Virus record (IMG/VR): IMGVR_UViG_3300043410_001892
Span: 62,001-126,000 of that record
DNA length: 64,000 bases
Direction: 5' to 3' (one strand)
Shown here piece after piece: positions 9,419 to 19,840 of this stretch. The translations under genes and the position numbers were made by a program. Numbering within the stretch: the stretch's first letter is position 1; each line of letters begins with the position of its first letter. The notes under the pieces are model-generated. The model worked only from the letters and a program-made list of their open reading frames with translations, made no database searches and had not been told where the DNA came from.

Positions 9419-9912
9419 TATTTTAAATTCTTTTTAATAGTACTGTCGTCAAACCCATGCTCTTTACCAATTGCCATTATATCTTTATCTGTGTATAACT
9501 TAGCCATCATTTCAATTTCATCTATTTTCATACTTGGATAAAGATCTGCTAAAAACTTTACTCTTTTATTTGTACTGCTTGCGCCATCTTTTTTCTTATT
9601 GCCAATCCATTCATGAAAGAATTTTTCACTACCATAGTTATAACTACACATACATAGCAGCATCCAAAGTAGTTTTGGATGATTCTTTTGTATAGCATAA
9701 AAGTTCTTATTAAAAACTTCATTAACACCTAATACAAAATGTTCTTGTATTTCTCTTGATTGCCCTTTTACATTACTAATATATCGATTTAAAATAAAAA
9801 AGTCTTTTTTAATATCATTTTGTGAGTCTTCAGAAAGCGTATCCCATAATTCTCTTGAGTTAAGATCAATTGCTAATAGTTTTTCTTTAAGGGTTAGTTT
9901 GTCATCAATCAT
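9418..9912 (-). CDS. Probable clamp-loader small subunit (T4 gp62-like)
   Basis: FILNRYIS...NEVFN...LWMLL...FFHEWIGNKKK...ADLYP pattern, size and context; weak similarity judged by eye. Confidence 0.45.
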   Translation of the reverse strand: MIDDKLTLKEKLLAIDLNSRELWDTLSEDSQNDIKKDFFILNRYISNVKGQSREIQEHFVLGVNEVFNKNFYAIQKNHPKLLWMLLCMCSYNYGSEKFFHEWIGNKKKDGASSTNKRVKFLADLYPSMKIDEIEMMAKLYTDKDIMAIGKEHGFDDSTIKKNLK

Positions 9913-10415
9913 AATAATTTGTCCAAATGTATTAATTCACTTTGTCTTGAGATTTCTTTTACAAAAAATACGCACTCGGGATTTGAACCACTACTTATAG
10001 GAGTAGTTAATAAATGTCCAGGTTTCATTTTTGGAAAATACCATTTAACATCATTATAGAAATTTATAATTTCAATCTTTTTAAATTCAATTCTAAAGTC
10101 AGATAATGGATTAAACACTAATGCATTAAACCCTCTATCATTTAAGCTTGTTAGCGGTAATATCTCAATGTGTGCAGAACTGCTACTATCGCCAACTGCA
10201 ATACACCAGTCAATTGGCATTGATACTTCGTTATCGCCTATCTTTAATACCATTGCTGGTGCATTAAACGATTCTAGATAGATTAGTTGCATAAAAAAGA
10301 AATCCGGATCGTTTGGATTGCTATTGTCTAAGATATTAAATCTCATGTTATCGTCAACTTCATCTGGCAAATTGTTTAACGAAAATGCAGTATTGTTAAG
10401 TGTTAAAATATTCAT
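9909..10415 (-). CDS. Hypothetical beta-rich protein coupled to uvsW
   Basis: Intact 168-aa ORF with ATGA-type overlaps on both sides. Confidence 0.7.
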   Translation of the reverse strand: MNILTLNNTAFSLNNLPDEVDDNMRFNILDNSNPNDPDFFFMQLIYLESFNAPAMVLKIGDNEVSMPIDWCIAVGDSSSSAHIEILPLTSLNDRGFNALVFNPLSDFRIEFKKIEIINFYNDVKWYFPKMKPGHLLTTPISSGSNPECVFFVKEISRQSELIHLDKLL

Positions 10416-11875
10416 TGCCAGTCTACCTTTTTAATTTCAAATTGATATTTTGCTTCTTTATAGAATTTCTTTCTATCAGCAAGATGTTTTTTTGCATATT
10501 TACAGGTACTAGTAATATCATAAATCTGCACAAAATCTTTATCATGTGCTTTTCTAATACCACGACCAATACTTTGAATTACTCGTGTAAAACTTTTACC
10601 TGGTTCAATTAGTACTAAATTAAAAATTCGTGGAATATTAATACCAACAGCAGCTACACCATATGTTGCTACGATAATTTTATTTGTTGATGTTTTAATT
10701 TCGTCATATTCTGTTTTTCTATTTTTTGTTTTAACATTACCAGACACAAATACTGCACCTTCAATTTCATCAGTTATAATTTTACCTGATTCAATTCTTC
10801 CAACTAATACTAATGTGTTGCCGCTTTCTGCTATGTCTTTAATAACACCACTAATGTATTTCATTCTATCTAAGTTAGTAACTTGATATGAGATTTCATC
10901 AGCATACGATTTAAATTCTTTTAAGTCAATTAGTTGCATTACTCTTACATGGCAGTCTGAAAGTACACCGATCTCTTGTAACTCGTGTGCTTTAATTCCG
11001 CCAATAACTGGTCCAATGCTTGCAAAGATTTGTTCATATTCAAATTTTTCTTTAGGTACAGTTCCTGTTAATCCCCATCGAATCGGTGCGTTACATAGGT
11101 TGTGTGTTAATAGATTTTTTAGAACTTCTGCTTTAGCCATGTGAACTTCGTCAACAATAACTGCACATACTCCATCGAGAAATTCTGCTAATGTTAAAAT
11201 TTCATGTTCTGAATTTTTACTTTTCTTATCTAAAATATTAAGACTTTGCCATGTGCATATAGTATGAGTTTTGTTTAGTTCTTTTCGATCGCCATAGTAC
11301 ATTCCAACATCTAAATCAACATTAACAAAATCTTCATAAGTTTGTTCTACTAAACTTTTATTTGGTACAATAACAATAGTACGTCCATACGGTTCGCATA
11401 CATGAGCAAGTGTTGCAGTAGTAATAGTTTTACCAGCACCAGTAGCAATTTCTTGTAATGCCTGTGTATTTGACAAAAACTTATTGATTGCGTCAACTTG
11501 ATAATCACGTAGCATAATAGGTTGGCCTTCTTGTGTATGTCCTTCTGGCCATACTTTACCTTGATCTGCCCAATATGTTTCTGTAACTTCTTTAAAATCT
11601 AATTTATGATGATGTCGTAAATCTGATACTTCATCTATGTCAATACCTAATGATGATAGTATACCAAGTATTTTTTCTAAATTGTTTATATACCCTGTGC
11701 CACCTAAGCCAAATAGACTAACAGTCCCGTCCCATCTTCCTAACTTAAAGGCAGGACGGTATCTCGCAGTCGGATCTTCAAATTTAAATGCGGCTACTAA
11801 TTTTTTTCTTGCGTCAAGTGGTAAGTTTTCAAATTTAATGTTAACTTCATCTTTTATAATTAGTTTAACTCCCAT
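10412..11875 (-). CDS. uvsW: SF2 DNA helicase UvsW
   Basis: LRDYQ, ATGAGKT, VDEVH, GLTGT, ATYGVAAVGINIP and QSIGRGIR motifs. Confidence 0.95.
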   Translation of the reverse strand: MGVKLIIKDEVNIKFENLPLDARKKLVAAFKFEDPTARYRPAFKLGRWDGTVSLFGLGGTGYINNLEKILGILSSLGIDIDEVSDLRHHHKLDFKEVTETYWADQGKVWPEGHTQEGQPIMLRDYQVDAINKFLSNTQALQEIATGAGKTITTATLAHVCEPYGRTIVIVPNKSLVEQTYEDFVNVDLDVGMYYGDRKELNKTHTICTWQSLNILDKKSKNSEHEILTLAEFLDGVCAVIVDEVHMAKAEVLKNLLTHNLCNAPIRWGLTGTVPKEKFEYEQIFASIGPVIGGIKAHELQEIGVLSDCHVRVMQLIDLKEFKSYADEISYQVTNLDRMKYISGVIKDIAESGNTLVLVGRIESGKIITDEIEGAVFVSGNVKTKNRKTEYDEIKTSTNKIIVATYGVAAVGINIPRIFNLVLIEPGKSFTRVIQSIGRGIRKAHDKDFVQIYDITSTCKYAKKHLADRKKFYKEAKYQFEIKKVDWQ

Positions 11876-13050
11876 GTATTCCTCGTTTCAATTAATGGTT
11901 CAGTTGCTGAATAAGTGATCACTAAATCACAGCATTTTGCATATATTGCAGTTTTACTTTGTCGTAATGTGTTGTTTATACTAATAATACTCATTGGTTT
12001 CCAAGTTTCTTTAAGAAAGAATTTAGGTAATTTTCCTGCTCGTACACACGCTACTTGGGTACTATCACTTAAATTACAATTATACTTTCTTTTTGCGATT
12101 ACGTCATTAAATATTTTCCCATCTGGAGTATTATCTAATCTAAAATATACACCTATATCATCAGTAATATTATTTGTAGTTAGCGCATGAGAAATCTCAT
12201 TAAATTGAACAATTGTATTGAAATCTGTGGTTTGATCAAATACAAATAGTATTGGAGTTCTTTTTAATTCAATTAACGATTGAACTAAATTAGATAATGG
12301 GTGTAACCGGCTATTAACCCATAATTTAGTAGTTGGTCGATTTGCAATTGTTTCAGTTAGAGTATTGCAGTTACCTACATAGTTGTCTGTGTATTGGTAT
12401 CGATGTCTTCTATCTATAAGTAATAACGGATTAGTATTATCAATATCTTTTGAAAATATTTTATTAAAGTTATCATTTAGATTAGCTGATAAAAATCGAT
12501 TTTTTATTTCTTTTTCATCCCAAGAACAAATAGTATCATAATATTGTTGTATTTTAGGGTCAACTTCAAATTTATATTCTTCAAGAGTTTTTAGTATGAG
12601 AAAAATATTCTTTTCAGTGTAATCTGCAATGTAAAGAGAACCTGATCGTACTTGGATTATATTAGAAGATAAATGTTGTAATTGTGTTCGGATAACACTT
12701 GAAAATGAAAATTCAATTACAATAACACCGTTTCCGTCAAATTTTGATGATCGAATTGGACTTGTAGGAGAAAAATAGATTTTGCGAACTTCTGGTATAA
12801 TTCTAAAAGGATGTTCCCAAACTGGGTTATCTAATATTTCAAGTTCTTCAGGGTTAAAGAATGCTCGAATATAATCCTGATTTAAGATTTGTAGACATAA
12901 ATTACCTTGTTTTTCAGTAATGTATGTAGGGCTTGATATTGTTTCGTATAAACTATTGATTGTTTTTGTATCGCGATTTGACAGTGTTATTTCGCGATAA
13001 AATGAAGCTTTGGATACAATATGAGTAACTAACTCGTCTACTGATTTCAT
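11860..13050 (-). CDS. Hypothetical protein
   Basis: 396-aa ORF overlapping the uvsW start; no motif recognised. Confidence 0.7.
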   Translation of the reverse strand: MKSVDELVTHIVSKASFYREITLSNRDTKTINSLYETISSPTYITEKQGNLCLQILNQDYIRAFFNPEELEILDNPVWEHPFRIIPEVRKIYFSPTSPIRSSKFDGNGVIVIEFSFSSVIRTQLQHLSSNIIQVRSGSLYIADYTEKNIFLILKTLEEYKFEVDPKIQQYYDTICSWDEKEIKNRFLSANLNDNFNKIFSKDIDNTNPLLLIDRRHRYQYTDNYVGNCNTLTETIANRPTTKLWVNSRLHPLSNLVQSLIELKRTPILFVFDQTTDFNTIVQFNEISHALTTNNITDDIGVYFRLDNTPDGKIFNDVIAKRKYNCNLSDSTQVACVRAGKLPKFFLKETWKPMSIISINNTLRQSKTAIYAKCCDLVITYSATEPLIETRNTWELN

Positions 13051-13072
13051 GTGTTATACACCTCGTAGTAGT

Positions 13073-13095
13073 GATAGGCTGAGTTACAGCCTATC
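13073..13095. terminator. Hairpin downstream of uvsY
   Basis: GATAGGCTG-agtta-CAGCCTATC. Confidence 0.55.
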
Positions 13096-13102
13096 GTTGT
13101 TG

Positions 13103-13558
13103 TTAAAGGGTTGCGTCTTCCATGCCTGCACATCTTAATCGTATAATGTTGCTCAATGCATACGATTTCTGATCTAAGGCTTTAGTAATACCTAACCATT
13201 GATTTCGTAGTAATGCAAATTCGTTAATGATAAGTTCATATTCAATTACATCATCTTCACCATCGACATACTTTTCACAATCACGACTACTCAATGCTCT
13301 TGCGTATGTTTCTAAGTATTTTTTAAAATGATAACTGCGTAATCGTTTAAGTTCTATATTAAGGAACTCTAAGACAGCTTCAATCTCTTGAAGCTGTCCA
13401 TATCTGTGTTCTACAATGCCCGGCATTGCTGCAGTTGCACGTTCTACATTACCTGTTATTTTACATTCTTCTTTAGCAGTTGTCAACTCAGATTGGTAAT
13501 ATACAATACCATCGGGCAATTTAGTTATATCTTTTGAGATTGTAGAATACCAACCCAT
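13103..13558 (-). CDS. uvsY: Recombination mediator UvsY
   Basis: Helical 151-aa protein with YARALSSRDCEKYVDGEDD and KALDQKSYALSNIIRLRCAG; lies in the uvsX operon. Confidence 0.85.
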   Translation of the reverse strand: MGWYSTISKDITKLPDGIVYYQSELTTAKEECKITGNVERATAAMPGIVEHRYGQLQEIEAVLEFLNIELKRLRSYHFKKYLETYARALSSRDCEKYVDGEDDVIEYELIINEFALLRNQWLGITKALDQKSYALSNIIRLRCAGMEDATL

Positions 13559-13800
13559 TAGACCTCCCAGTCTAAGTCGTCATCATAATCGTCATCGCCG
13601 TTATCTTCAAGATAATATCCAATTGCTTGATCTAATACTGGGTCAATGCCCACTGTATTTTTAAATGTACGATCAGTTGCACCCATGTCAGCGAGTAATT
13701 CAATATATCTTTCAGCAGCATTTTCTGCTTGTTTTTTATCAATATAATCTGCAAACATTAACCATACATCAGCAATTTGTGTTTCATTCAACATTGTCAT
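13558..13800 (-). CDS. Small acidic hypothetical protein
   Basis: Coupled between uvsX and uvsY; acidic C-terminus. Confidence 0.7.
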   Translation of the reverse strand: MTMLNETQIADVWLMFADYIDKKQAENAAERYIELLADMGATDRTFKNTVGIDPVLDQAIGYYLEDNGDDDYDDDLDWEV

Positions 13801-14857
13801 CCTCCATGCTATCGTTATCTATAATGTCTTCTACTTCAACTGGTTCATCTTTAAATTCAGACATAGCTTTATCTAGTGAATTGTTAAGGTTAGCTTCCCA
13901 TTCCTTACGATATAATTTAGTTTCAGAGCCATCAGTAGCCACATATTTAAGTCTATTTCCATCTTTTGTTAAGATGTTCTTTTTCTCAAATAAGTCAACT
14001 AGCCCGCTATATGGATTCATACCTGTAGTATATGGAATCTTAATTTGTAATGATTCAAACGGTTTTGCATAGCGTGTTTTCATAATTTTACAAGAAGCTC
14101 TAATACCATTGACTTCACTAACTTTGTTACCGTCTTCATCTTCTTTCAGTTTAAGTTTTTTCATTGCAACAACGATACTTGATGCATAGATAAACCCTTG
14201 ACCACCTGAAATCTTATCATCTGGGTCAAACATATCTTGTGATGCATAACTATGATTGGTACATACTAAACCTACATTGTGACTACCAAACATGTTGACA
14301 CAATTGCGAACTAATGCAGTTAAGGCTTTAGGTTTACGACCCATATCACCTTTTAAATCACCTGCTTCAAATTGATTGATATCAGTTGGGGTTAGTAACA
14401 TACCTAATGAATCTACTACAAAGAGAACTTTAGGTTTTTCTTCCATAGTTTTATATTCTTTCATAAACTCGCTAATAGTTTTAGCTACGTCATCGATCAT
14501 AGCCATATTAAGTTTAAGAAGTTGATCTTCGCTAGTTGATACACCCAATGCATGCAGCCATGATTCGTCTAATGCATTTTCACTATCAATTAGTACAACA
14601 TAAATGCCTTGTTCTTGTGCGTGTTTGATAATATTACCAGAACATATATAACTTTTGCCTGCACCTGATTCACCTGCAAATACAGTTACTTTACCTAATG
14701 GAATGCCTTTATTAAAGTCTGAACTAATAAGATAGTTTAATGCGTAATTACCTGTACTTACCCAGTCAGTTGGATCGTTAAAGCCTACACCAAGACCGTC
14801 AATACTTTTTGTTAGTGTTTTTCTAAATTTTGTTAAATCAAATGTTTTCATTGCCAT
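13784..14857 (-). CDS. uvsX: RecA-like recombinase UvsX
   Basis: GESGAGKS, LIDSENA, VVDSLGML, CTNHSY, GGQGFIYASS and KIMKTRYAKP; start moved to the ATG after AGGA. Confidence 0.95.
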   Translation of the reverse strand: MAMKTFDLTKFRKTLTKSIDGLGVGFNDPTDWVSTGNYALNYLISSDFNKGIPLGKVTVFAGESGAGKSYICSGNIIKHAQEQGIYVVLIDSENALDESWLHALGVSTSEDQLLKLNMAMIDDVAKTISEFMKEYKTMEEKPKVLFVVDSLGMLLTPTDINQFEAGDLKGDMGRKPKALTALVRNCVNMFGSHNVGLVCTNHSYASQDMFDPDDKISGGQGFIYASSIVVAMKKLKLKEDEDGNKVSEVNGIRASCKIMKTRYAKPFESLQIKIPYTTGMNPYSGLVDLFEKKNILTKDGNRLKYVATDGSETKLYRKEWEANLNNSLDKAMSEFKDEPVEVEDIIDNDSMEDDNVE

Positions 14858-14876
14858 AAAATAATCCTGCATGAAT

Positions 14877-14906
14877 TTAACGTGGCAAGACCCCTTACCA
14901 CGTTAA
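14877..14906. terminator. Hairpin between gp32 and uvsX
   Basis: TTAACGTGG...CCACGTTAA inverted repeat. Confidence 0.5.
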
Positions 14907-14917
14907 CCTTGTAACCC

Positions 14918-15931
14918 TTAACCGCGATTACGAATTCTTGCTAAAATATCGTTAGCTCTAGAATCACTAGATGTAGTTGTTTCTACAGCAGTTGGTGGAG
15001 TAAACGCAACGATCTCAGCTGGTTCATCCCAAGGCATAGCTTCATTTTCAGATACCTGCACAGTTTCTGTAGTATGAACTACTGGCTGTACTGATACTGT
15101 TGGTGTTGGTGTTGGTGCTGATACTGTAGGTGATTCTGAAATACCATATGGTCTAAAGTATTTGCCCCAACGTTCAATATCGTATGCTTCACCATTCACT
15201 GATGCTTCAAACATTTCCATCATAACTTTAAGTTCAACTTCACCTGGTTTTTTAGGTAAATGATCTGCTAAGTTTGGTAATTGATATTGTTCAAGTGCAG
15301 CGGTTTCATCGCTTGATAATGGACGTGTACGTCTGCTCCATACTGAAGTTGAATAATCAGCGTAACCGCCTTTGGTTCCAACTTTTAAACGGAAGTCAAT
15401 ACCATTTACATAATCAGTTGGTGAATCTTCTCCAAATTCAGGATCAAGAATTGCTGCATGAATTATTTTATAAATTTGTGGTCCAATAACGAATCTACGA
15501 ATTGGATTTTCTGGTTTTTCTTTTTCATCTAAACCGTCTTCAACAACAAAGCCTTGGAAAATATAAGATTTCTTTTTCCAGTATTTGCGACCCATATCTT
15601 CTAATGAAGGATCTTTAAACCAATTGCGTACTTCTGAAAGAATTGGACAAACTGAACCGTCGTCATACATTTCAACGCATGGTACATTTACTACTATTGG
15701 TTTATTGTCGTTACGACCTTTGATACCTGCGAAAGGTAATTTGATTACAGAACGTTCAACCCAAAATAATGTATTTTTTTGATTGCCGTCTGGTAGGAAT
15801 CTAAAAACTGCTTCACCGCCATTTTTAATAGTCCAAAAAGGATAAATTGCTTTATCACCGCCTGTATTGCTATCTGTTGTACGTGTTTCTGCCGCTTTTA
15901 ATTTTGCTCTAATTTCTGCTAAAGTTGCCAT
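14918..15931 (-). CDS. gp32: Single-stranded DNA-binding protein (T4 gp32-like)
   Basis: FRFLPDG, CVEMY...CPILSEV, FVIGPQIYK, GIDFRLK...GYADYSTS. Confidence 0.9.
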   Translation of the reverse strand: MATLAEIRAKLKAAETRTTDSNTGGDKAIYPFWTIKNGGEAVFRFLPDGNQKNTLFWVERSVIKLPFAGIKGRNDNKPIVVNVPCVEMYDDGSVCPILSEVRNWFKDPSLEDMGRKYWKKKSYIFQGFVVEDGLDEKEKPENPIRRFVIGPQIYKIIHAAILDPEFGEDSPTDYVNGIDFRLKVGTKGGYADYSTSVWSRRTRPLSSDETAALEQYQLPNLADHLPKKPGEVELKVMMEMFEASVNGEAYDIERWGKYFRPYGISESPTVSAPTPTPTVSVQPVVHTTETVQVSENEAMPWDEPAEIVAFTPPTAVETTTSSDSRANDILARIRNRG

Positions 15932-15958
15932 ATTTTAATTTCCTATTGTGTTTTGATG

Positions 15959-15984
15959 TAACACACAGGTTGCCCTGTGTGTTA
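15959..15984. promoter_or_regulatory. Perfect hairpin in the gp32 5' leader
   Basis: TAACACACAGG-ttgc-CCTGTGTGTTA, about 30 nt upstream of the ATG. Confidence 0.5.
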
Positions 15985-16079
15985 TATAGCCTATGTGTTT
16001 TATTACTAATATTTTTTTGTTTTTATACTTTAATATATAATGCCTTACTGTTAAAGTAAGCGTGTATTATATACTCTAT

Positions 16080-16087
16080 TATTTATA
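16080..16087 (-). promoter_or_regulatory. T4 late consensus TATAAATA upstream of gp32
   Basis: Exact TATAAATA followed shortly by TATAAT; AAGTGAAA/TTTCACTT hairpin at 16093-16110. Confidence 0.5.
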
Positions 16088-16123
16088 AGAGCAAGTGAAA
16101 TCTTTCACTTTTTTATAGTCATT

Positions 16124-17470
16124 TTACCATTTTACTAATTGTAAAATTCTTGCTAAACTATCTTCATTTCCAAATGATACATGATTGGTTGATTCGGATA
16201 CATGTCCAACGCCTGGCATTGTAGGTGGTGCAGCCGGAGGTGTAGGTTGTTGCATTTTTGAAATTTTCCACAAGCTATCACCTGGCTTAACTATGTATGT
16301 TGAACCATTTGGCATTTTTAATTGCTGTCCTGGATATATTTTATTTGGATTTTTACCAATTACTTGTTTGTTTAAATCGTAAATTTCTTTCCAGTTATGC
16401 GATGTTTTGTTAGCTGCAGGTACTGCTGCAGTTGGTGCAGGATGCGCTGCTAATACTCGTTTAACTACTTCATTAGGTGATGGATCAGCATTAGGATTAT
16501 CTAATTCCATTGATAATGCTGCGTATGCATCTTCGGAACTCATACCAGTACCTGTGATAATTTGTTGAATAGCATCGTTCCATATATTACTTGCATCAGT
16601 AGTAGGTTTAGCACCTGCACCAGTTTCGTCACTGCCATCAATTCCAATTACTGCACCTGATTGAGGTGGAGTTCCAGTTTGTACAGGTGTGCTAGGCGAA
16701 ACAATTGGAGCTGGTGTTTCTGGAGGAGTTACATACTTATCAGGTGTTACTGGTCCATTTTGCACAGGTGTACTAGGTGAAACGATTGGAGCTGGTGGTT
16801 CTGAAGGAGTTACATACTTATTAGATGCTTCTGGTTTGTCTGCTGGTAACACAAAGTTATCAGGAGCCCCGTACTCTTGTATTAGACTATTTAATGAATT
16901 GATTGATTCGAAAAGTGTTTGTTCATTATGTTTTTTCATTTTGTTTTCCTGTATATTTTCAGCAACTTTATCAAACGGTGAAAGCGTTATTTGCCGAGGA
17001 CCGTTAGGTGTTCGTATAATTTCTCTTGGCCAATCACGTCTTGGATTCATTACCTCAGCAGGAGACTTTGTTGCTGAATCCTGACTAAAATGTGGATTAT
17101 CAAAGTAATCATAAGAAAATGCATCACCTGGTTTTACTCTAATCTCGTTTTTATCTTTAGGAGGCGGAGTGTTAGGCGGGCGTGTCCATTCGTAGTTAGG
17201 TCGTGAAACATCTTTTGGAGAATTAGGATTTACTTGATTCCATAACTTATCTTGCTGTAATGCAGAACGTGGACCAATGCTGCCAGGTGGGACTGTAGAT
17301 CTATACGAATTAGGTGGTTGACTTTGAGGATTTGGTTTTCCTTGCATCTGTTGATCTAACTCGTCTTGAGTTCCATATCTAACCGGCTGAACATCAGCTT
17401 CAATTAGTTTAATCGTTTCTTTTAATGATTTAACGGAATCTTGAAGTGTTATTTTTGTAATTTCTTTCAT
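16124..17470 (-). CDS. Pro-rich protein with C-terminal circularly permuted LysM domain
   Basis: WKEIYDLNKQVIGKNPNKIYPGQQLKMP-NGS-TYIVKPGDSLWKISK. Confidence 0.75.
   Translation of the reverse strand: MKEITKITLQDSVKSLKETIKLIEADVQPVRYGTQDELDQQMQGKPNPQSQPPNSYRSTVPPGSIGPRSALQQDKLWNQVNPNSPKDVSRPNYEWTRPPNTPPPKDKNEIRVKPGDAFSYDYFDNPHFSQDSATKSPAEVMNPRRDWPREIIRTPNGPRQITLSPFDKVAENIQENKMKKHNEQTLFESINSLNSLIQEYGAPDNFVLPADKPEASNKYVTPSEPPAPIVSPSTPVQNGPVTPDKYVTPPETPAPIVSPSTPVQTGTPPQSGAVIGIDGSDETGAGAKPTTDASNIWNDAIQQIITGTGMSSEDAYAALSMELDNPNADPSPNEVVKRVLAAHPAPTAAVPAANKTSHNWKEIYDLNKQVIGKNPNKIYPGQQLKMPNGSTYIVKPGDSLWKISKMQQPTPPAAPPTMPGVGHVSESTNHVSFGNEDSLARILQLVKW
16677..16822 (-). repeat. Two copies of an 81-bp (27-aa) coding repeat
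   Basis: KYVTPSEPPAPIVSPSTPVQ / KYVTPPETPAPIVSPSTPVQ; anchors at 16698 and 16779. Confidence 0.85.
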
Positions 17471-19829
17471 AGTTGTTTCTCATAGTTCTACGAGCTTTGT
17501 GTTTATCAATACTACTTAATTTGTATCTTTTACCAAACCCGTACAATTCTTTCATCAATAACTCGATAGATTTTCCATCATCCATTTCGTCTGGATTATG
17601 TTCATCGGTATTACCAACACCTGCTAATCTCATTATATCTGAATGTTCGCTGTCAGCATCTTCACTCGGATCTAACTGACTAACTTTTTTCATTACATAT
17701 CTAACATCATCTTCTGATACACTGCTGTCGTATTCGTTATCATCAAAATTCTTTTTAATAATAGTTTTAACACGAGTTCCGCCAATTGTGAAATTCTTTT
17801 CTTCGTTATTCCAAAAACCTTCAATTGAATCTAAGATTTGTTGAATACCTGATTTTTCAGTTTCTTTAGAATCATCAATCTCTTCATATCCAACTTCATC
17901 CGGAGTCATACCTGATTCTCTAATAAGATCACGTATAGTCATACCTTCTGCAATTTTAGTATCAAGTTTTGCACCTGCAGCTTTAGCTTTAATGAATTTA
18001 GCTTTCATTTTATTTTTCTTATGCTGCATGCCTTCATTTACTTGTGTAGGTTGTTCATAAACTATTTTTGGTTCAATGTGTTCAACTTCAACTTGTTCAG
18101 ATTCAACTTCATCTTCGCCTAATAATCCAGCAAGTTTACGGTATCTTTTTAATTCTTCTTTTACTGGTTCAGCTGGAGCTTCTGCTGGAGCTTCAGGTGT
18201 TTCTGCTGCTGCCGGACCTGCTGGAGCTGCACCTGGCGCTGCGCCTGGGGGAGGTAATTCACCCTCTGCACCTGGTTCACCTTCTGGTGGTGTTTCGTCG
18301 CCGCCTAACGGTGGCATACCGCCGCCTCCGCCTAATGCAGGTAACCCGCCAGCACCTGCTGTTGAATCAGGTGGCATATCACTTGGCTCAGAAGAGTCTA
18401 ATGGTTCACCACTATTTGCATCTGGGGGTAAGTCTTGTCCACCAATTTCTTGAGGTGTTTCAATATATAGATTTGGTAATGCTTCAAGGTCTTTTGCATT
18501 ATGACCTTTGATATAATCAGCAATAATATCACGAACTGCTTTATCTTCTGCGTATGAGTCTTGATAATCAATATTTCGAATTAGTTCAACTATGTGTTTG
18601 TCGTCAATTAACCCTTTTAATGCTAATACTCCAGTTGTTCCACCGTTCATATTATTTTTAAGACGATCATTTAATCTTTCTAATGCTGGTCCTTTATTTG
18701 GACCTGTTATTTCATTTTTATCTTCTGAAACAATAGATTCAAGCATATCTTCAATTTCAAGTTCAGGGGCACGATATTTAATTGTCTTAGTTTCTGATGT
18801 AACAGTAGTATCAGTTTTAATTCTACCCATTAAATCTTTTGCAGATAATTTACGAACTGGTAAATCACTTTCGTGTACAATGTTGTACAAGAATGGAAAT
18901 ACTGCTTTCATATCTTCATTAAATGTACGAATTGTTAAACGATCAATCCAATCGTTCATAACTGTTTCTGGTACTTTAAGTTCTTCAGCTGCAATAAATG
19001 ATTCTGCAAATTGTTCATAATATGCAGGGCGTTGCAGATTTTGTATTTCTTTTTTAACTTCATCAATACGATCAATTACTTGATTAGTAATTGAACCCAT
19101 TGCTTCTGATATTTGTGTTTGTCTACCAACGTATCCTTTAAATTTACGAAGGCTATTTAATTCTTCACTTAACTTAGTAATGTATTTTCCAATCTCGTCA
19201 TATGGGTTGCCACCATGATTGACATGTTCAGCTAATGCACGAGCACCGGATAAATGTTTATAGGGATATTTAAATCTTTCACCGTCTGCATTTTCAATAT
19301 AAATGCTTGAAATATGCATGGTTCTCCCTGCAGCTAAGTCTGGATTGATAGGTTGGCTATGTTTAACAACTAAACGTGCTTCTCCTAAATTTTGGTAACT
19401 CAATCGTGAAGTACCAAACATTTTATTTTCCATAACTGGTTCCTTATGTTTTGACTGAAATTCGTAGTCGCGTTTGTCTAAGTTGCTCTTTCCAATATTT
19501 TGCACATCAAAATTTAACAATCTACTTTTAGCAAACTGTCTAAATGAACGTATAAACTTATACGCTTTTTTGTGAGAGGCTTTGTGATCATCGTCAACGA
19601 TATCTCCGCTAACTTGAACTACAACACCATCGTCTTGGTCTAATGTAATAGTAATAGTTCCAATTGGTTCACCGTCCTCGGTGTAGTCAAATTCAAAGAA
19701 TCTGGCCTTTGGAATATCAACTTTTTTAGTTAAGACATCTGCGTTTTCGTCACCGATATTTATGTCAGTGAATCGTGTTTGTATTTTGCCATAAAGGTCT
19801 GAAGCGATTTTATCTAAATTATTGTCCAT
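17430..19829 (-). CDS. Large acidic protein, putative prohead core/internal protein
   Basis: Follows the terminase gene; GATAAATA at 19835-19842; acidic, with a P/G/A-rich linker and many L/I-x-E sites; function inferred from context. Confidence 0.55.
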   Translation of the reverse strand: MDNNLDKIASDLYGKIQTRFTDINIGDENADVLTKKVDIPKARFFEFDYTEDGEPIGTITITLDQDDGVVVQVSGDIVDDDHKASHKKAYKFIRSFRQFAKSRLLNFDVQNIGKSNLDKRDYEFQSKHKEPVMENKMFGTSRLSYQNLGEARLVVKHSQPINPDLAAGRTMHISSIYIENADGERFKYPYKHLSGARALAEHVNHGGNPYDEIGKYITKLSEELNSLRKFKGYVGRQTQISEAMGSITNQVIDRIDEVKKEIQNLQRPAYYEQFAESFIAAEELKVPETVMNDWIDRLTIRTFNEDMKAVFPFLYNIVHESDLPVRKLSAKDLMGRIKTDTTVTSETKTIKYRAPELEIEDMLESIVSEDKNEITGPNKGPALERLNDRLKNNMNGGTTGVLALKGLIDDKHIVELIRNIDYQDSYAEDKAVRDIIADYIKGHNAKDLEALPNLYIETPQEIGGQDLPPDANSGEPLDSSEPSDMPPDSTAGAGGLPALGGGGGMPPLGGDETPPEGEPGAEGELPPPGAAPGAAPAGPAAAETPEAPAEAPAEPVKEELKRYRKLAGLLGEDEVESEQVEVEHIEPKIVYEQPTQVNEGMQHKKNKMKAKFIKAKAAGAKLDTKIAEGMTIRDLIRESGMTPDEVGYEEIDDSKETEKSGIQQILDSIEGFWNNEEKNFTIGGTRVKTIIKKNFDDNEYDSSVSEDDVRYVMKKVSQLDPSEDADSEHSDIMRLAGVGNTDEHNPDEMDDGKSIELLMKELYGFGKRYKLSSIDKHKARRTMRNNYERNYKNNTSRFR

Positions 19830-19840
19830 GTTTATATTTA

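Noticed and set aside
18068-19020. Plus-strand ORFs opposite the 804-aa gene
   Set aside because: Shadows of its P/G/A-rich linker.
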